The notes beneath the pieces were generated by a model that saw nothing but the letters and a program-made list of their open reading frames with translations, made no database searches and was not told the origin of the DNA. Both the position numbers and the translations under genes were made by a program. Shown one piece after another: positions 1-11,267 of a stretch of DNA of 64,000 bases. The first letter of the stretch is position 1, and the number at the start of each line of letters is the position of its first letter. Origin of the DNA: Flectonema sp. DT1601 (taxonomy: Eukaryota); NCBI GenBank assembly GCA_964019425.1, contig OZ025803.1:62001-126000 (forward strand), in the 5' to 3' direction.

Positions 1-1632
1 TTCTCTCATACGGTCTTCCATATCGTCACCGTGGGATAGCTTTGAGAGAAGTGACATGTAGGCGCTCGTATCATGTTCTCCATCAAGACCGCGATCGTAT
101 CCCATTCCGTGAAGGATTTGATCGATATGACCATCCATAGATTGTTGATTATGAGAATAAGGATCTGATAATGGATTAGTGTTACTCTTTATTGATTGTG
201 TTAGCTTCGTGACTGCTGTTTTAACTCGAACAATATCAACTCCGTAATCGGGTATTGGATTATCTGACCACCAGTAGTCATCATTTTGACATTCTTCAGG
301 TTGTTTACTCATAATGTTTTTATAAATATTCTGATCGGAACACGACCACGTTGCAAATACCACTCCTGGACATAACATGCAACACAATTGACGACAGACA
401 TCTTTATCAGTCTCGTTTAATGATCGAAGAAGACTTCTTCCTGTTAGTCGAGTTGTCAGCATGTATTTGATTCCCGGGGAGTTAAATCCAGTCCCTCTTT
501 TGTTATTATCATGGAATGAACAATAACAATAAAGGTAGTTGATGATGTTGCGGATTCTTAAACGAGATTCTAATCCAAGTTTTGTATTTGAATGGAGACC
601 AGAACAACTGTTTTCAAGTATCAAAAGAGATGAAGCAGCAGCAGCCCAATGAAGGATGCCAACAGTGCTGTGTAATAATGTGAAGCAAGCTGCTGATTGA
701 GTCAAACTATACTTCGAAGGGTTGACAATCATATTATAAACTAAAGTAGACATCCACCTTTCCTCAACTGCCAGCGATGGAATTTCATTCTCATCAAACT
801 TCCGATGGCAAAAAAAACATTTTCCTCCTAAAATGACAGCTGGGTGATCACAATCACAACTAATATCAGTCGCAATACACCCCCTGAGATCTTCATGTTT
901 TCCAGTAAAGTGACCATGACTACTACACATTGAATGAGGATCACACGATAGCAGTGTGATGGTCTCTCCTCTTTTGATATCTTTAACAGATGTGATGAAC
1001 ATCTTTTCATTAACAATCGACAACACGCTGTTAGGAGAGTTGTCTACTGTTGACGCTCTCAATAAACTACTAAACTCCGATATGACTGCGGGATGACCAA
1101 TTCCATTGTCTGTTACAAAAGCAGGAGAAGAAACCTTCACAGACCACTGCTTAGGAGTCACAGCATCAACAACTGGAAACGATGAACTCAAATACGGAAT
1201 TCGGTATGTTTGTCTGGCAGTTTCCTGAGCTGCACTGTTCTGAGCAATCAGAACTTTATCAGAAAGTAGAGTCACAGCAGATGTTATATTACGAGATGCT
1301 ACTAAAGTAGAGTTGTGTAGTACTAATAAGTCCTCACTTTGATTCTTTATTCTATCACCTCGTGTTGGGACTCCTTCTGTGTGCCATTTTAAATTAACTC
1401 GTTTTGCTAATATAGTCTGCTCTCCTTCAATTTGAATTGAGTGTCTTCCATTCTTTTGACCCTTTACAATTCCCCAAGCTCCGTTTAATTCACATCTTGA
1501 TATCAATCCGGTGATCTCAACTGTACTGCCTGTTCCGAATCCCCAGTCTGAAAATATGGTCTTTCGGAGAATGACAACGACGATTACAATCACAATAACT
1601 ACAACTACAGTAGAGAGGACGGCTTCATCCAT
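1..1632 (-). CDS. Membrane-anchored protein with SH3-like module and degenerate split SET domain (3' partial, >544 aa)
   Basis: Not on the ORF track because it runs off the window. ATG at 1632, frame open to base 1. MDEAVLSTVVVVIVIVIVVVILRK is a TM anchor; GSTVEITGLISRCELNGAWGIV is the SH3-like module; SET-like motifs are LVASRNITSAVTLLSDK and MFITSVKDIKRGETIT. Confidence 0.75.
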   Translation of the reverse strand, partial: MDEAVLSTVVVVIVIVIVVVILRKTIFSDWGFGTGSTVEITGLISRCELNGAWGIVKGQKNGRHSIQIEGEQTILAKRVNLKWHTEGVPTRGDRIKNQSEDLLVLHNSTLVASRNITSAVTLLSDKVLIAQNSAAQETARQTYRIPYLSSSFPVVDAVTPKQWSVKVSSPAFVTDNGIGHPAVISEFSSLLRASTVDNSPNSVLSIVNEKMFITSVKDIKRGETITLLSCDPHSMCSSHGHFTGKHEDLRGCIATDISCDCDHPAVILGGKCFFCHRKFDENEIPSLAVEERWMSTLVYNMIVNPSKYSLTQSAACFTLLHSTVGILHWAAAASSLLILENSCSGLHSNTKLGLESRLRIRNIINYLYCYCSFHDNNKRGTGFNSPGIKYMLTTRLTGRSLLRSLNETDKDVCRQLCCMLCPGVVFATWSCSDQNIYKNIMSKQPEECQNDDYWWSDNPIPDYGVDIVRVKTAVTKLTQSIKSNTNPLSDPYSHNQQSMDGHIDQILHGMGYDRGLDGEHDTSAYMSLLSKLSHGDDMEDRMRE

Positions 1633-2107
1633 TTGAGAGGGATGGTTGTTTTATAAATATAAACACAACCAGAACTGAATCATGAATACCTGTTTCAGAG
1701 AGGAATATTTAAATCATTTTTAATAACGTGTCGTATCGTTATTAGATACTCAAATAAGGCACAGTGAGTTATTCTCTTGAATAGAATTTATCACAAAAAA
1801 AAAAAAGAAAGAGAGAAAAAAAAACCATCAGTACAGCAGGCAAACTGTTAATTAGCGAACCGGAGATATTCTTTTCTTTTTTTTTTTTTTTTTTTTTTTT
1901 AAATTTGACACAAATCAAAGCAGTGTAAAATGGTACGAGAAGGGAAAAGGGAAAAAGGGGGGTTAAGCAAAAAGAAATCTGCCTTAGATTCCAGCTTTGG
2001 TGCTTAATCTAGATAAGTGTAAAGTGATCCATAAAACATAAATTAAATAATCAAAAAAAAAAAAAAAATGAAAATAGAACACCCGCTATCACAGGGTGAA
2101 GATGAGG

Positions 2108-5100
2108 TTACCAATCGTCTTCAGACACTACAACTGTTCCATCAGTATCTCTCTCAGGAATAAATGATAAAACAGGATTATTTATAACATCATTAACCAG
2201 GACGTCATCAACCTGACTACTGAAATCTTGATAAAGTCGTAGTAGTGGTCCCCAACACTGTTCAACTAATTTTGATGAGACAGAAGGAAGGAAGTCATGC
2301 GGGGTCTCAGGATCAAGTACCCCAAACAAATCATAATCAGCTCCCATAATAACTCCAACAAACCGAACACACATAGTCGGGCGAGACAGTAAAAATGATT
2401 GCAGTTCAAGTCCGTCTAAACGCAATTTAAATCGTAACCCAGCTCCAACGATCCCCTGAATTAACGGAACTTGTAATAAAGATTCGTGTAATACTTTTTC
2501 AATTCGTTTTTTGTTAAATTTTCCAGTAATTAAAAAGTCATCCGGATCGCTGAGGGGACCGACGCTAACAGCTTCAAAAGAAGACATCAAGGCGTCCTCA
2601 CCTCCAATTCGACCCTCAACCTTAAAAGAGGTTCCAGAATCAGACATAACGATGTTAGTCTTTACCTTATCAATACCAACAATAGATATGCAAGCAGAAA
2701 ATGAAATGTTTACAGTTGAAGGGGGTCCCAGAACGATGGAAACGTCAATGCCGGAGCTTCCCTCAACTTTTTCAAGTGAAAGGATTCCGATGACGAGATG
2801 ATGAATGGTCGCTTTTATAATAATTGAATCAGACGATGGTGACCTCTGAACGATTCCTTTTCCACATTTACCAAATATTTTAATTGTTCCTGTGACTGAA
2901 TGACTGTTTTCAGAGAGAGTTAGTATCGCATCCTCCAGTGCGATATCTTTTGGAATCCAATCAGGAACATCACCTCCGATGGATAATAAAGCGAATTGAG
3001 GAACTAATGAAATCGGAACAAGTGGAGAGTACGCAACTATCGCTAAGTCGGAACTGCTGATGTCTATTTTACATCTGCAAGCTAGAGCGCTATCAAAATA
3101 AAGAGTTCCAGAGATATGTGCTTCATTAACACTCAGAGAAGATGGACTGCTATCAGGAGTACTAAAGAACACTTCCAAAGACATGTTGAGTAGTTTTGTC
3201 CCGGCTATTCCAAGAGGTTCTATCCACTCCCCGCTGATGAGGTCTCCAGTTAGTCTCAGCAGGCCATCATCCTCAATACTTGACTCTCCACACGCTAAAA
3301 ACTTCATTCCTCCCCAACAAATTTCAGTTTGTAAAAATAAATTTTGAATCGACTCACCCCCAGCTAATACAAGCGTCACATCACTTGTTGTCGCAGTAAT
3401 ACTTTCTAAACACATTGGACCAACCTTTACTGATAAGGTCATCACTGATGATGAATAATCATCACAATGATACACACCAAGACATGGTTCTTCAGGTAAT
3501 AATAATGACAACAGGTGCATTATACCAGAGTCAGATACGGAAGCAGATCCTACAACTGGAATATTGATCTCACCAATAATATTAACACCACGACGAAGTA
3601 TTAAAGGGGTTTGACAATTTATACCAATCGTGAAACTCTGACTAGGAGAGTGAAGTGGTGATGATTTAGAAACAATGAAATCTGATGATGTCAATACGAC
3701 GATATTCTTTTCAAGGATTGGAGGTACAACATAAAGTAGTCCTGGAGCATGAGGGAATGTTCCTATTGGAAGCCAACCATCAGACAGTTCAGTAGTAATG
3801 TAAGATATCAGTGAGGAGGACCATTTTAATGTGATTGAACAATTACCATTCAATCCAACATACTCCGAAGCAATAGTTCCTCGATATTCTAATCTTCCTA
3901 ATTCTTTAGTGTCCGCAGGGGGTTCGTTTGATTTCACAAGTTTAAAGTCTCTCAAATATAAGTTTTCAATAACCTCAGTTTCCACATACCACTCAAAAGG
4001 ATTCCCAGCTGGTAACACTTGTGATAGCGGAGACAACTCTAACCCGGTGACTCTGATGCTGCTTTTCTTTTCTTTTATATATTTTCCAATCCTTCTCGAG
4101 AAATCTTTTATTTCAGAAAAGGTTCCATCAGTTTGAGATTCCGACAAGCAGCCTGTCGCAGAAGGCTGCAGCAACACACCCAAATCCCAGTCGAATTCAG
4201 CGTTTCTACTTGGGCGGAGATCTACTTGTGGAATCCATCGAGAGGGAGCGTTAGCAACTGCGCTGATGCCAGTCAGTGATGCTGAAATCCCTTTTTTCAT
4301 TGTGAATACAAGTTTCCAGTACTTCATCTCAGGAGATGGTTGAACGACGCTGATGAAGTTGCTTCCCGCTTGTGATACCTGCTCGAAATTATGTTCTTTA
4401 GACTGTCGCTGATAGAGATACGCTTGTCCAGTAACATCACCTCCGTATCTCAGGATGACGTGACTTAGATGTTGAGGACGCTCAAAATTGAAGAAAACAA
4501 CACTACCGTGACGGACTTGAACTGCTATTTCTGGTAAGCAAAGCTCATTACGAAATGAAGAGACTTGTAATCCATTTGGTTCAATACCTTCACTACTAAC
4601 TGAAGAAGGTCTAACAATTGTACTCATTTGATGAGTTGATTTTATCCAATTAATATGTTGAAGAAATATCTGTTGAGGAGGTTCTTCATTATCCGTGGTG
4701 ACGGTGACGCTATTCAATACTAACTTCCATATCGGATAGCTACCCAGAAAGACCCAATCACACCTTGACAGGTCATTTATGTGTAGGTGTGTTGCTACCA
4801 AATACCATTTCAATTCCTTACCATCAGACGTGTGAGGATTCGCCGACACATAAATTGAAAACTCACATCGGCTGTTGTGATGAGCATCGCGGGTTGTTTG
4901 GATAAATATTCCGCAGAATGCCTGAGATCGACCAGGTGTTGTTGCGCAGACGAGTCCTTCTCCAACTGACAATGCCACTGCAGAAGTAGCTGGGTTATTA
5001 CTATCAAGAATAGGTGATAATGAGAAAATACTCCTCTGTGAGAGTTGAACTGGATTGATTTTTGGTGAAAAGTACGAAAACGGATACACATCCCGATCAG

Positions 5101-8100
5101 AACAGCCTTCTGGAACTACTCTACAGATTTGATAAGCAGACGAAAGTCTTTCATCAAAACACAACTCCGATAAACATCCAGTAGAAGTATGAGGAGAGTA
5201 CCATGCGACGTGATTAACATTTGTTCTACTGGAAGTTCTTATCCTCCAGAATGAAGCAGGTAGCCTGATAGGTATAGATATCTTTGCTGCAACACCAGAA
5301 GGAGATGCTTTACTTAAAGTATTCCAAGTTGATCCATCATAACTCGATTCTATTGTCCACGTGCCCTTTAAAACTCTGTTGTGAGTCGTCACGAGGACTA
5401 CTTTCGCAAAAGCCTGCGCATTACTACCAAAATCGTATTGAAGGCATGAGTCACCGCTGTCTAACTCAACAACATAATCTTCTTTATTACTATCCAATAA
5501 TAATAATGATTGTTGACTAAGCTCACCTGCTACAGTTGCAATTGGACCCCTGTAACTCTGACGTCGAATAGATTGTAATATGCATTGAGAATCGTGGCAT
5601 TTTGAAAGTGTTAGTTTCCAAAATTTAAAAGAACCAAATGGAGACCAACAAGCATGTCCATGACAGTCAACAACGTTAATTTGAATTAATGGCTTCCAAC
5701 TAACACCATCTTTACTAGCACTTAGAAGCCATGTTGATTCCTTACAGGGGTATTCAGTTGATGAAGAAGTCGTAATTGTGATTTCACCAACACCGCAAAC
5801 AGCTGAATCAAATGACAATGTTTCATTCTGTCTGAATGGAACTCCTTTTGAAGAATTATTTTTATTAGATGAGAATAACAACTCTAAATCCATATCACTT
5901 CCAATACTCTCATCTACAATATCGACGTCCTGATGGTGACTTAACTTTATTGTTTGAGGAAGTGAATGAACGTTCTGCATTGGTAACTTGAGCCATTCAA
6001 CTCTTGTAATTGACGATTGTACTTTAAAAGGACAGAGTAAGATTCTCCAAAATCTGTGAGAAGTTCTAACTGTTGACAACACCCACGTCGCGACACCAGA
6101 TTCACCAACTTTGAGTTTTCCTGTCGTGTGCCAGACTTGCGTATCATCAGACCATTGAACTCTAAAAGTATTTTCATTAGATGACGATCCTCGAGAGTTG
6201 AACGCTCGGCATCCAACAAACAGTTGCGGACTATTCTTCAAGTCAGTTAGTATCCATGAACCCTTTTCTAATATCATCCATCCAAGTACTGATGGTAATT
6301 TTATAAAATGTTTATGAGCATTCATTGAATGAGGTCCTTCCACTACTCCAACACTACTGTAGTGAAGCCATTCTGAACCAGAGAAAACTAAATAACCATC
6401 TGCTGAAGGAAGACGTGCGACAACAAAGACCGAATCCGATGCAAAATGAGCTGGTAATTTTGAAAACGAATCACGGTAGTTTTCATTGCTCGGGGTCCCT
6501 AATTTCTTTACTGCTCGAACTGGTTCATTCTTTGCTAAGCTCCAGTGTAAAACATTCCCGTCTTTGAAAAGTATTATTTCATTAGTTTCACTGCCGAATA
6601 TATTTGTAGCTGTGTCAATCCCTTCGGTAAATTGAGGAGGCAGTGACTTGAATGCATCAGTTGACTCCGGGTGAGACAGAGAGCAGACTGAACCAATTGC
6701 ACAACCTTTATCTAAATCCCAAAGGATATAATTATCTTCACAAAATAAATATAACTTATGAGGATCTGACTGCGGAGATGAATACAAGGCTGCATCAAAC
6801 CCAATATCACTAAATGGTGGAGGTAGTCCAGAGAATCGATTATGAAGTCTGACATCAGAAGCTGACTGCTGAAGGGGTTGTAACCTGCTATGAGACCAGG
6901 CAACGAATCGAGTACCTACAAATAATAATACTACATCACTTGGGTTATTATTCTTACCTAATAATGGTATAGCACAATGTTTTGGTAACCATCCACATGT
7001 TGATGAGGATTCCCAACTAACAAGACCAGTGTAAGGACTAGTTTGAGTAGATGGACACAGTGATCTCAGATTCAAAACGAGAGGAGCAGTTGTTGTTACT
7101 TCTGCTTCACTCTTCAGAGAATAGGTTTCTAAGAAACTAAATTTTGAATTTCTAGTTGAACCACTCACACTGTACCAATGCACTCGGTGAATCACATCTC
7201 CGACTTCACAGTTTTCTAAAGTTATCCTCCAGGCTTTACATTGAATGTGTTCACCCCACCAGGTGTCAGCGCAACATATTCGATGTCTAAATGAAGAGAG
7301 ATGTCTCCAAGTACTTCCATTAACAGATGCTTCAACATGAATGATTGAACCTTTTTTAAATATCGCAGCCACTTGAAGGTATCCAAAGTTTTGAGGCGAC
7401 TTAAACAGGAATGATAAAGTGTGCCTGTCAGATGATTTCTCTACTTCAAACACACCCAACAAGTTCTTAGCATCATAAGGAACAAACGTGTGATCATTAT
7501 GTAAAACAGACCTAGAACTTTCTACTAAAGAGATCAAACCTTCTGACGGGATGACTTCAACATCAGTTAAACGACTTAATTCACATTCAGTCTCTCTCTG
7601 AGTTGCTGGTCCGACTACCTTCGTAGAGTATGTTTGCTTCGCTTTGTCATATGAGGAACACTTCGAAGTATCAAAAGGAGCGAACTCAAATAAATGTTTT
7701 GATAATTGTTTCATCAAAACTCCAACATTCCCTGAGATGTGTGCTGGTAGTACATGAAACACACTTAGAGAATCAGTCAGCAGGTGAACCCCATCAAAAT
7801 CCTCAGACACGAAATCCCATGTAACACACCAAGCCTCTGATAATAAAAATACTAAGTTCGAATCTCGGTAGGCGCAAGAATCGATTCCAGAAACTACCAT
7901 TTCTGATGGTAGTTTTGCAAAAGGTCCAGTGACACCAACAACAGAACGACTAATTACAGTTGAATTAGAAACATCATATTCAATAACATCACTTCCTTTG
8001 ATGATAAAAGAAACTGTGCTTCCAGGAACTGATATCGCTGTTGTAATCCCAACGTGGAAGTCTTCAGGTAGATTTCTAAACTTCGGATGATCACCAATAT

Positions 8101-11065
8101 GATAAGGACCACTATGAACTCTTTTATTACAAAGATGATACTCTGCCCAGATAGGACCTGTAAACACATACGCAACAGAACTTGAATACGCTTTCTCATA
8201 CACCACAGCATCAATCCCACCTAAAAATGGAAATGATGTGAGTGCCGGATGTGTTCTTGTTGGTTGAATTTTAATAGTTATTTTCTTTGCAGATAAGTCA
8301 AGAGTACCCGCGGTATCTGCCCAGAAGAATATTGTTTGTGAACTGAGGTCAAGTGAACCTGGTTTGAGGTGATGAAGAAACGCTCGTTGAGACTTAACTC
8401 TGACAGCTGCAGCAAGTATATTTATATTCGGTAGTATCGCGTGGTTAATATCACTCAACTTACTTATTGATAAGCGAGCAGCTGCGAAGGGTCGACGAGA
8501 AGATTCCGAAAGCGGATCTCTCGAAGACGCTTTCGTATTTTCAAAAAATCTCGTCTGCGCTTTAACCGCCTGGTCAGTAGCAGCAAGTGATGCTCTCTGC
8601 TGTCGATCATCCCAACTTTTAATATCTCTCGCCATCTCTTCGTCTCTTTTCTTATCTTCTTTTATAGCTGATTCTCTATCTGCTTTACTGAGGTGTAGCA
8701 TTGATTCTCTTCTGGTCTTCTTCTCTCCAATGGGTATGTCAGTCGTGTGTGTGTTTATTTTTACGGTACTTCCTAAAGTACTTGATCGACGTTTAACATC
8801 AATAATCTTAACAGTATTTGCTTTGTGTCTTTGACCCTTTTCTTGTCTCCAAAGGTTGTAGGCAACAAGAAGCTTAGCTATCCAATCACTTACTGGTTTT
8901 GGAATTTGACATTCCCAGAAGAATACAATTTGAGCTTTACAACCTGATCTATAAAGTCGTCTAACAGCATGAAGCTTCTCAACATCATGTTGGGTAGGAA
9001 GAGTGTTTGTTGACCTAATCAAATAAGAAGCTTCCTTTGGAGCTTCCAACACCACTGGTAACATAAACTGACGTAATATTGCACACTTTCGATGACTAGA
9101 AAGAGCAAGCATGTCTAAAATACATTCAACATCAGCACTGTTACTTACAATATTTCTAGTTGAGTCAGAGGCAGTTGACAATAATCGATCTGATGAGTCA
9201 TCAATAACGTGACCAGAATCTTTAAAGACGTAGCAACCATAGTGAAGCTCTCTGTTTATTATTTCTCTTGGGAAGTAGAAGAGTCCCCTGTCTCCAACAT
9301 TCTGTCCAAAACTGGGAGCCACAACTAAATAAATAATATCGTTGATAATCTTTTGACCTAATATTCTAATCGCATGTAGTAATCCTCCCTTACACCTACT
9401 GGGGCCAATTATAGCTCCTTGTTGTAACCAAAGAGGCCGCCACTTACAGCCGGCAATGACTGCTCGTTTAGCAGCGTGCATACTCCAACAGACAGCCCTA
9501 ATCGAATCGAATAAATCACGACCAGGTGGAGGAGGATCCAAAGAGAAGTACGCTCCTTTTCTTCTACTAGCTGCTGCTCTGTGTAGATTAAATGAAGTAG
9601 TCGAACTGTAAGACGTCCAAGATGCCCATTTTGATCTGCATTGAGACACAGAAAACGGAGTCATATCGAGAGGTAAGACACCGTGTCTTATTATTGATAA
9701 ACAAACAGATCTTAAGTCACATCCAAACCCAATAGAAGTGTCATTACTACGACAATGACGAGCTGCTGCTAATGTATAAAGAAGATCACAAGGACTGTCT
9801 TCTTGTTGTGACAGAGCAAGGATAGCTGCTGCTGGAACAGATAAATCTTGTTCACCAATGTCGATAACTGTCGGTTGATCACATACTAGGAAGTTAACAT
9901 TTGGAGGAATTCGTCCAGGTCCAAAATGTTCATGAAGTGATAGGTCTCTTGGATCGTATTCCGCAGGTAAGAGTCCACCACCACCATAGAATCCTTGTCT
10001 TATAAAACTTTTACCACATCGTGAACTACAAAGTCGTAAACCAAATTCAATTCCAGAAGCCTCGACAATCATTTTCACGAGTTTCGCAAATGCAGATTTA
10101 CTAAAAACAGGAACATCACTACTCTGTTGAGACTTTACTAAATAACTGAGCTCAGTAGGAAGTATTGATAACAAGTAAGCATGAGGTGTCTTTTTAAAAA
10201 CACAGCCTTCGATCATATCAGTCGGAGTTCCACAGTAGCTGCATCTCGGCAGCTGTTCCTCAGGAGGTGGGAGAACTAATTCCTCAATGTTTGGAGAACT
10301 AGGAAACTCACAACAAGATGATGACGTTGTTTTGTCTAACCAAGCATGCATGCATTCAACACAACAGATTGAGAAGATGTAATTATTTTCTTTCAGACAA
10401 GTATAAATTTCCTTCCATTGTTGGACTATAGCTTTGTCGGATGCGTCCTGTAGTCTGGTTGACTTCGCCATTTCCTGCAATAAGAAATACTCCACATCAA
10501 CCATTGATTGACCGAGTACTTGTCGTTTACAATAAATACAACATGTTACTGCAATGTGAATATTTGAATTAGCCAGACACAGTTGACGGATGTATTGATA
10601 TTTAGGAGTGGTGGCGTCGACAACAACTTCCGTAAGCTGAGGTGTCGATGCGATGATATCTAACAATCGCTTTGCTGCTTGAGGACCGAATTCATTATTT
10701 GATAACTTTAACTGAGTCAGGTAAGGATGACCAGCTAATTCTCTTCTCATCTCTGCTAAGTGTTCATGAGTTAATGAACAGTTAGACATTGATAGGACTG
10801 TCATTTTAGTGAACTGTAAACAAGCGACTACAGGAGTCAACCCTCTCTCTCCGAAGTAAGCATTATCAAGAATTACTTCTGCTAAAGGAGACTGTTGGAG
10901 TAGTTTAACAAATGAACTGATCGGTTTCACTTGTAAGTCTTTACACTTACTTCTGTAGATCTCAATAATCTCTGATGGGTTTTCAACAGTTGTGAACTTA
11001 GTGGGTCGGATACCTCCTCCGAGTGTAGATGATGTGGAAGACATCGTCTCAACGTCATTCATCAT
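2108..11065 (-). CDS. ~2985-aa multidomain protein: N-terminal LRRs, inactive papain (C1A)-like domain, hemopexin-like repeats, several discoidin/F5-8C-like domains, beta-rich C-terminus
   Basis: 9-kb open frame; likely start ATGATG at 11065 after a CAG. LRR: LSMSNCSL, LKLSNNEF. C1-like: HAIRILG...VAPSFGQNVGDRGLFYFP. Hemopexin-like: GIDAVVY, GIDSCAY, GFDAALY, GIDTATN. Discoidin-like: SVNGSTW, SDDTQVW, SKDGVSW, SYDGSTW. Confidence 0.85.
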   Translation of the reverse strand: MMNDVETMSSTSSTLGGGIRPTKFTTVENPSEIIEIYRSKCKDLQVKPISSFVKLLQQSPLAEVILDNAYFGERGLTPVVACLQFTKMTVLSMSNCSLTHEHLAEMRRELAGHPYLTQLKLSNNEFGPQAAKRLLDIIASTPQLTEVVVDATTPKYQYIRQLCLANSNIHIAVTCCIYCKRQVLGQSMVDVEYFLLQEMAKSTRLQDASDKAIVQQWKEIYTCLKENNYIFSICCVECMHAWLDKTTSSSCCEFPSSPNIEELVLPPPEEQLPRCSYCGTPTDMIEGCVFKKTPHAYLLSILPTELSYLVKSQQSSDVPVFSKSAFAKLVKMIVEASGIEFGLRLCSSRCGKSFIRQGFYGGGGLLPAEYDPRDLSLHEHFGPGRIPPNVNFLVCDQPTVIDIGEQDLSVPAAAILALSQQEDSPCDLLYTLAAARHCRSNDTSIGFGCDLRSVCLSIIRHGVLPLDMTPFSVSQCRSKWASWTSYSSTTSFNLHRAAASRRKGAYFSLDPPPPGRDLFDSIRAVCWSMHAAKRAVIAGCKWRPLWLQQGAIIGPSRCKGGLLHAIRILGQKIINDIIYLVVAPSFGQNVGDRGLFYFPREIINRELHYGCYVFKDSGHVIDDSSDRLLSTASDSTRNIVSNSADVECILDMLALSSHRKCAILRQFMLPVVLEAPKEASYLIRSTNTLPTQHDVEKLHAVRRLYRSGCKAQIVFFWECQIPKPVSDWIAKLLVAYNLWRQEKGQRHKANTVKIIDVKRRSSTLGSTVKINTHTTDIPIGEKKTRRESMLHLSKADRESAIKEDKKRDEEMARDIKSWDDRQQRASLAATDQAVKAQTRFFENTKASSRDPLSESSRRPFAAARLSISKLSDINHAILPNINILAAAVRVKSQRAFLHHLKPGSLDLSSQTIFFWADTAGTLDLSAKKITIKIQPTRTHPALTSFPFLGGIDAVVYEKAYSSSVAYVFTGPIWAEYHLCNKRVHSGPYHIGDHPKFRNLPEDFHVGITTAISVPGSTVSFIIKGSDVIEYDVSNSTVISRSVVGVTGPFAKLPSEMVVSGIDSCAYRDSNLVFLLSEAWCVTWDFVSEDFDGVHLLTDSLSVFHVLPAHISGNVGVLMKQLSKHLFEFAPFDTSKCSSYDKAKQTYSTKVVGPATQRETECELSRLTDVEVIPSEGLISLVESSRSVLHNDHTFVPYDAKNLLGVFEVEKSSDRHTLSFLFKSPQNFGYLQVAAIFKKGSIIHVEASVNGSTWRHLSSFRHRICCADTWWGEHIQCKAWRITLENCEVGDVIHRVHWYSVSGSTRNSKFSFLETYSLKSEAEVTTTAPLVLNLRSLCPSTQTSPYTGLVSWESSSTCGWLPKHCAIPLLGKNNNPSDVVLLFVGTRFVAWSHSRLQPLQQSASDVRLHNRFSGLPPPFSDIGFDAALYSSPQSDPHKLYLFCEDNYILWDLDKGCAIGSVCSLSHPESTDAFKSLPPQFTEGIDTATNIFGSETNEIILFKDGNVLHWSLAKNEPVRAVKKLGTPSNENYRDSFSKLPAHFASDSVFVVARLPSADGYLVFSGSEWLHYSSVGVVEGPHSMNAHKHFIKLPSVLGWMILEKGSWILTDLKNSPQLFVGCRAFNSRGSSSNENTFRVQWSDDTQVWHTTGKLKVGESGVATWVLSTVRTSHRFWRILLCPFKVQSSITRVEWLKLPMQNVHSLPQTIKLSHHQDVDIVDESIGSDMDLELLFSSNKNNSSKGVPFRQNETLSFDSAVCGVGEITITTSSSTEYPCKESTWLLSASKDGVSWKPLIQINVVDCHGHACWSPFGSFKFWKLTLSKCHDSQCILQSIRRQSYRGPIATVAGELSQQSLLLLDSNKEDYVVELDSGDSCLQYDFGSNAQAFAKVVLVTTHNRVLKGTWTIESSYDGSTWNTLSKASPSGVAAKISIPIRLPASFWRIRTSSRTNVNHVAWYSPHTSTGCLSELCFDERLSSAYQICRVVPEGCSDRDVYPFSYFSPKINPVQLSQRSIFSLSPILDSNNPATSAVALSVGEGLVCATTPGRSQAFCGIFIQTTRDAHHNSRCEFSIYVSANPHTSDGKELKWYLVATHLHINDLSRCDWVFLGSYPIWKLVLNSVTVTTDNEEPPQQIFLQHINWIKSTHQMSTIVRPSSVSSEGIEPNGLQVSSFRNELCLPEIAVQVRHGSVVFFNFERPQHLSHVILRYGGDVTGQAYLYQRQSKEHNFEQVSQAGSNFISVVQPSPEMKYWKLVFTMKKGISASLTGISAVANAPSRWIPQVDLRPSRNAEFDWDLGVLLQPSATGCLSESQTDGTFSEIKDFSRRIGKYIKEKKSSIRVTGLELSPLSQVLPAGNPFEWYVETEVIENLYLRDFKLVKSNEPPADTKELGRLEYRGTIASEYVGLNGNCSITLKWSSSLISYITTELSDGWLPIGTFPHAPGLLYVVPPILEKNIVVLTSSDFIVSKSSPLHSPSQSFTIGINCQTPLILRRGVNIIGEINIPVVGSASVSDSGIMHLLSLLLPEEPCLGVYHCDDYSSSVMTLSVKVGPMCLESITATTSDVTLVLAGGESIQNLFLQTEICWGGMKFLACGESSIEDDGLLRLTGDLISGEWIEPLGIAGTKLLNMSLEVFFSTPDSSPSSLSVNEAHISGTLYFDSALACRCKIDISSSDLAIVAYSPLVPISLVPQFALLSIGGDVPDWIPKDIALEDAILTLSENSHSVTGTIKIFGKCGKGIVQRSPSSDSIIIKATIHHLVIGILSLEKVEGSSGIDVSIVLGPPSTVNISFSACISIVGIDKVKTNIVMSDSGTSFKVEGRIGGEDALMSSFEAVSVGPLSDPDDFLITGKFNKKRIEKVLHESLLQVPLIQGIVGAGLRFKLRLDGLELQSFLLSRPTMCVRFVGVIMGADYDLFGVLDPETPHDFLPSVSSKLVEQCWGPLLRLYQDFSSQVDDVLVNDVINNPVLSFIPERDTDGTVVVSEDDW

Positions 11066-11267
11066 CGTGGTGACTGATTGTGATGGGAAATAATTATAAG
11101 TAGACAAACACACACACCACATCACATCACACCACACCACACCACGCTATCTATCTAAACTATTCATCACATCGTTGCTGCGTGTCTAGTTTGAGAAGTA
11201 ATATTAATCAAAATCAGGTTAAACAAAACTCCGTAAATCGTACAAAGTGTACAGTGAGTTAGTCAGT

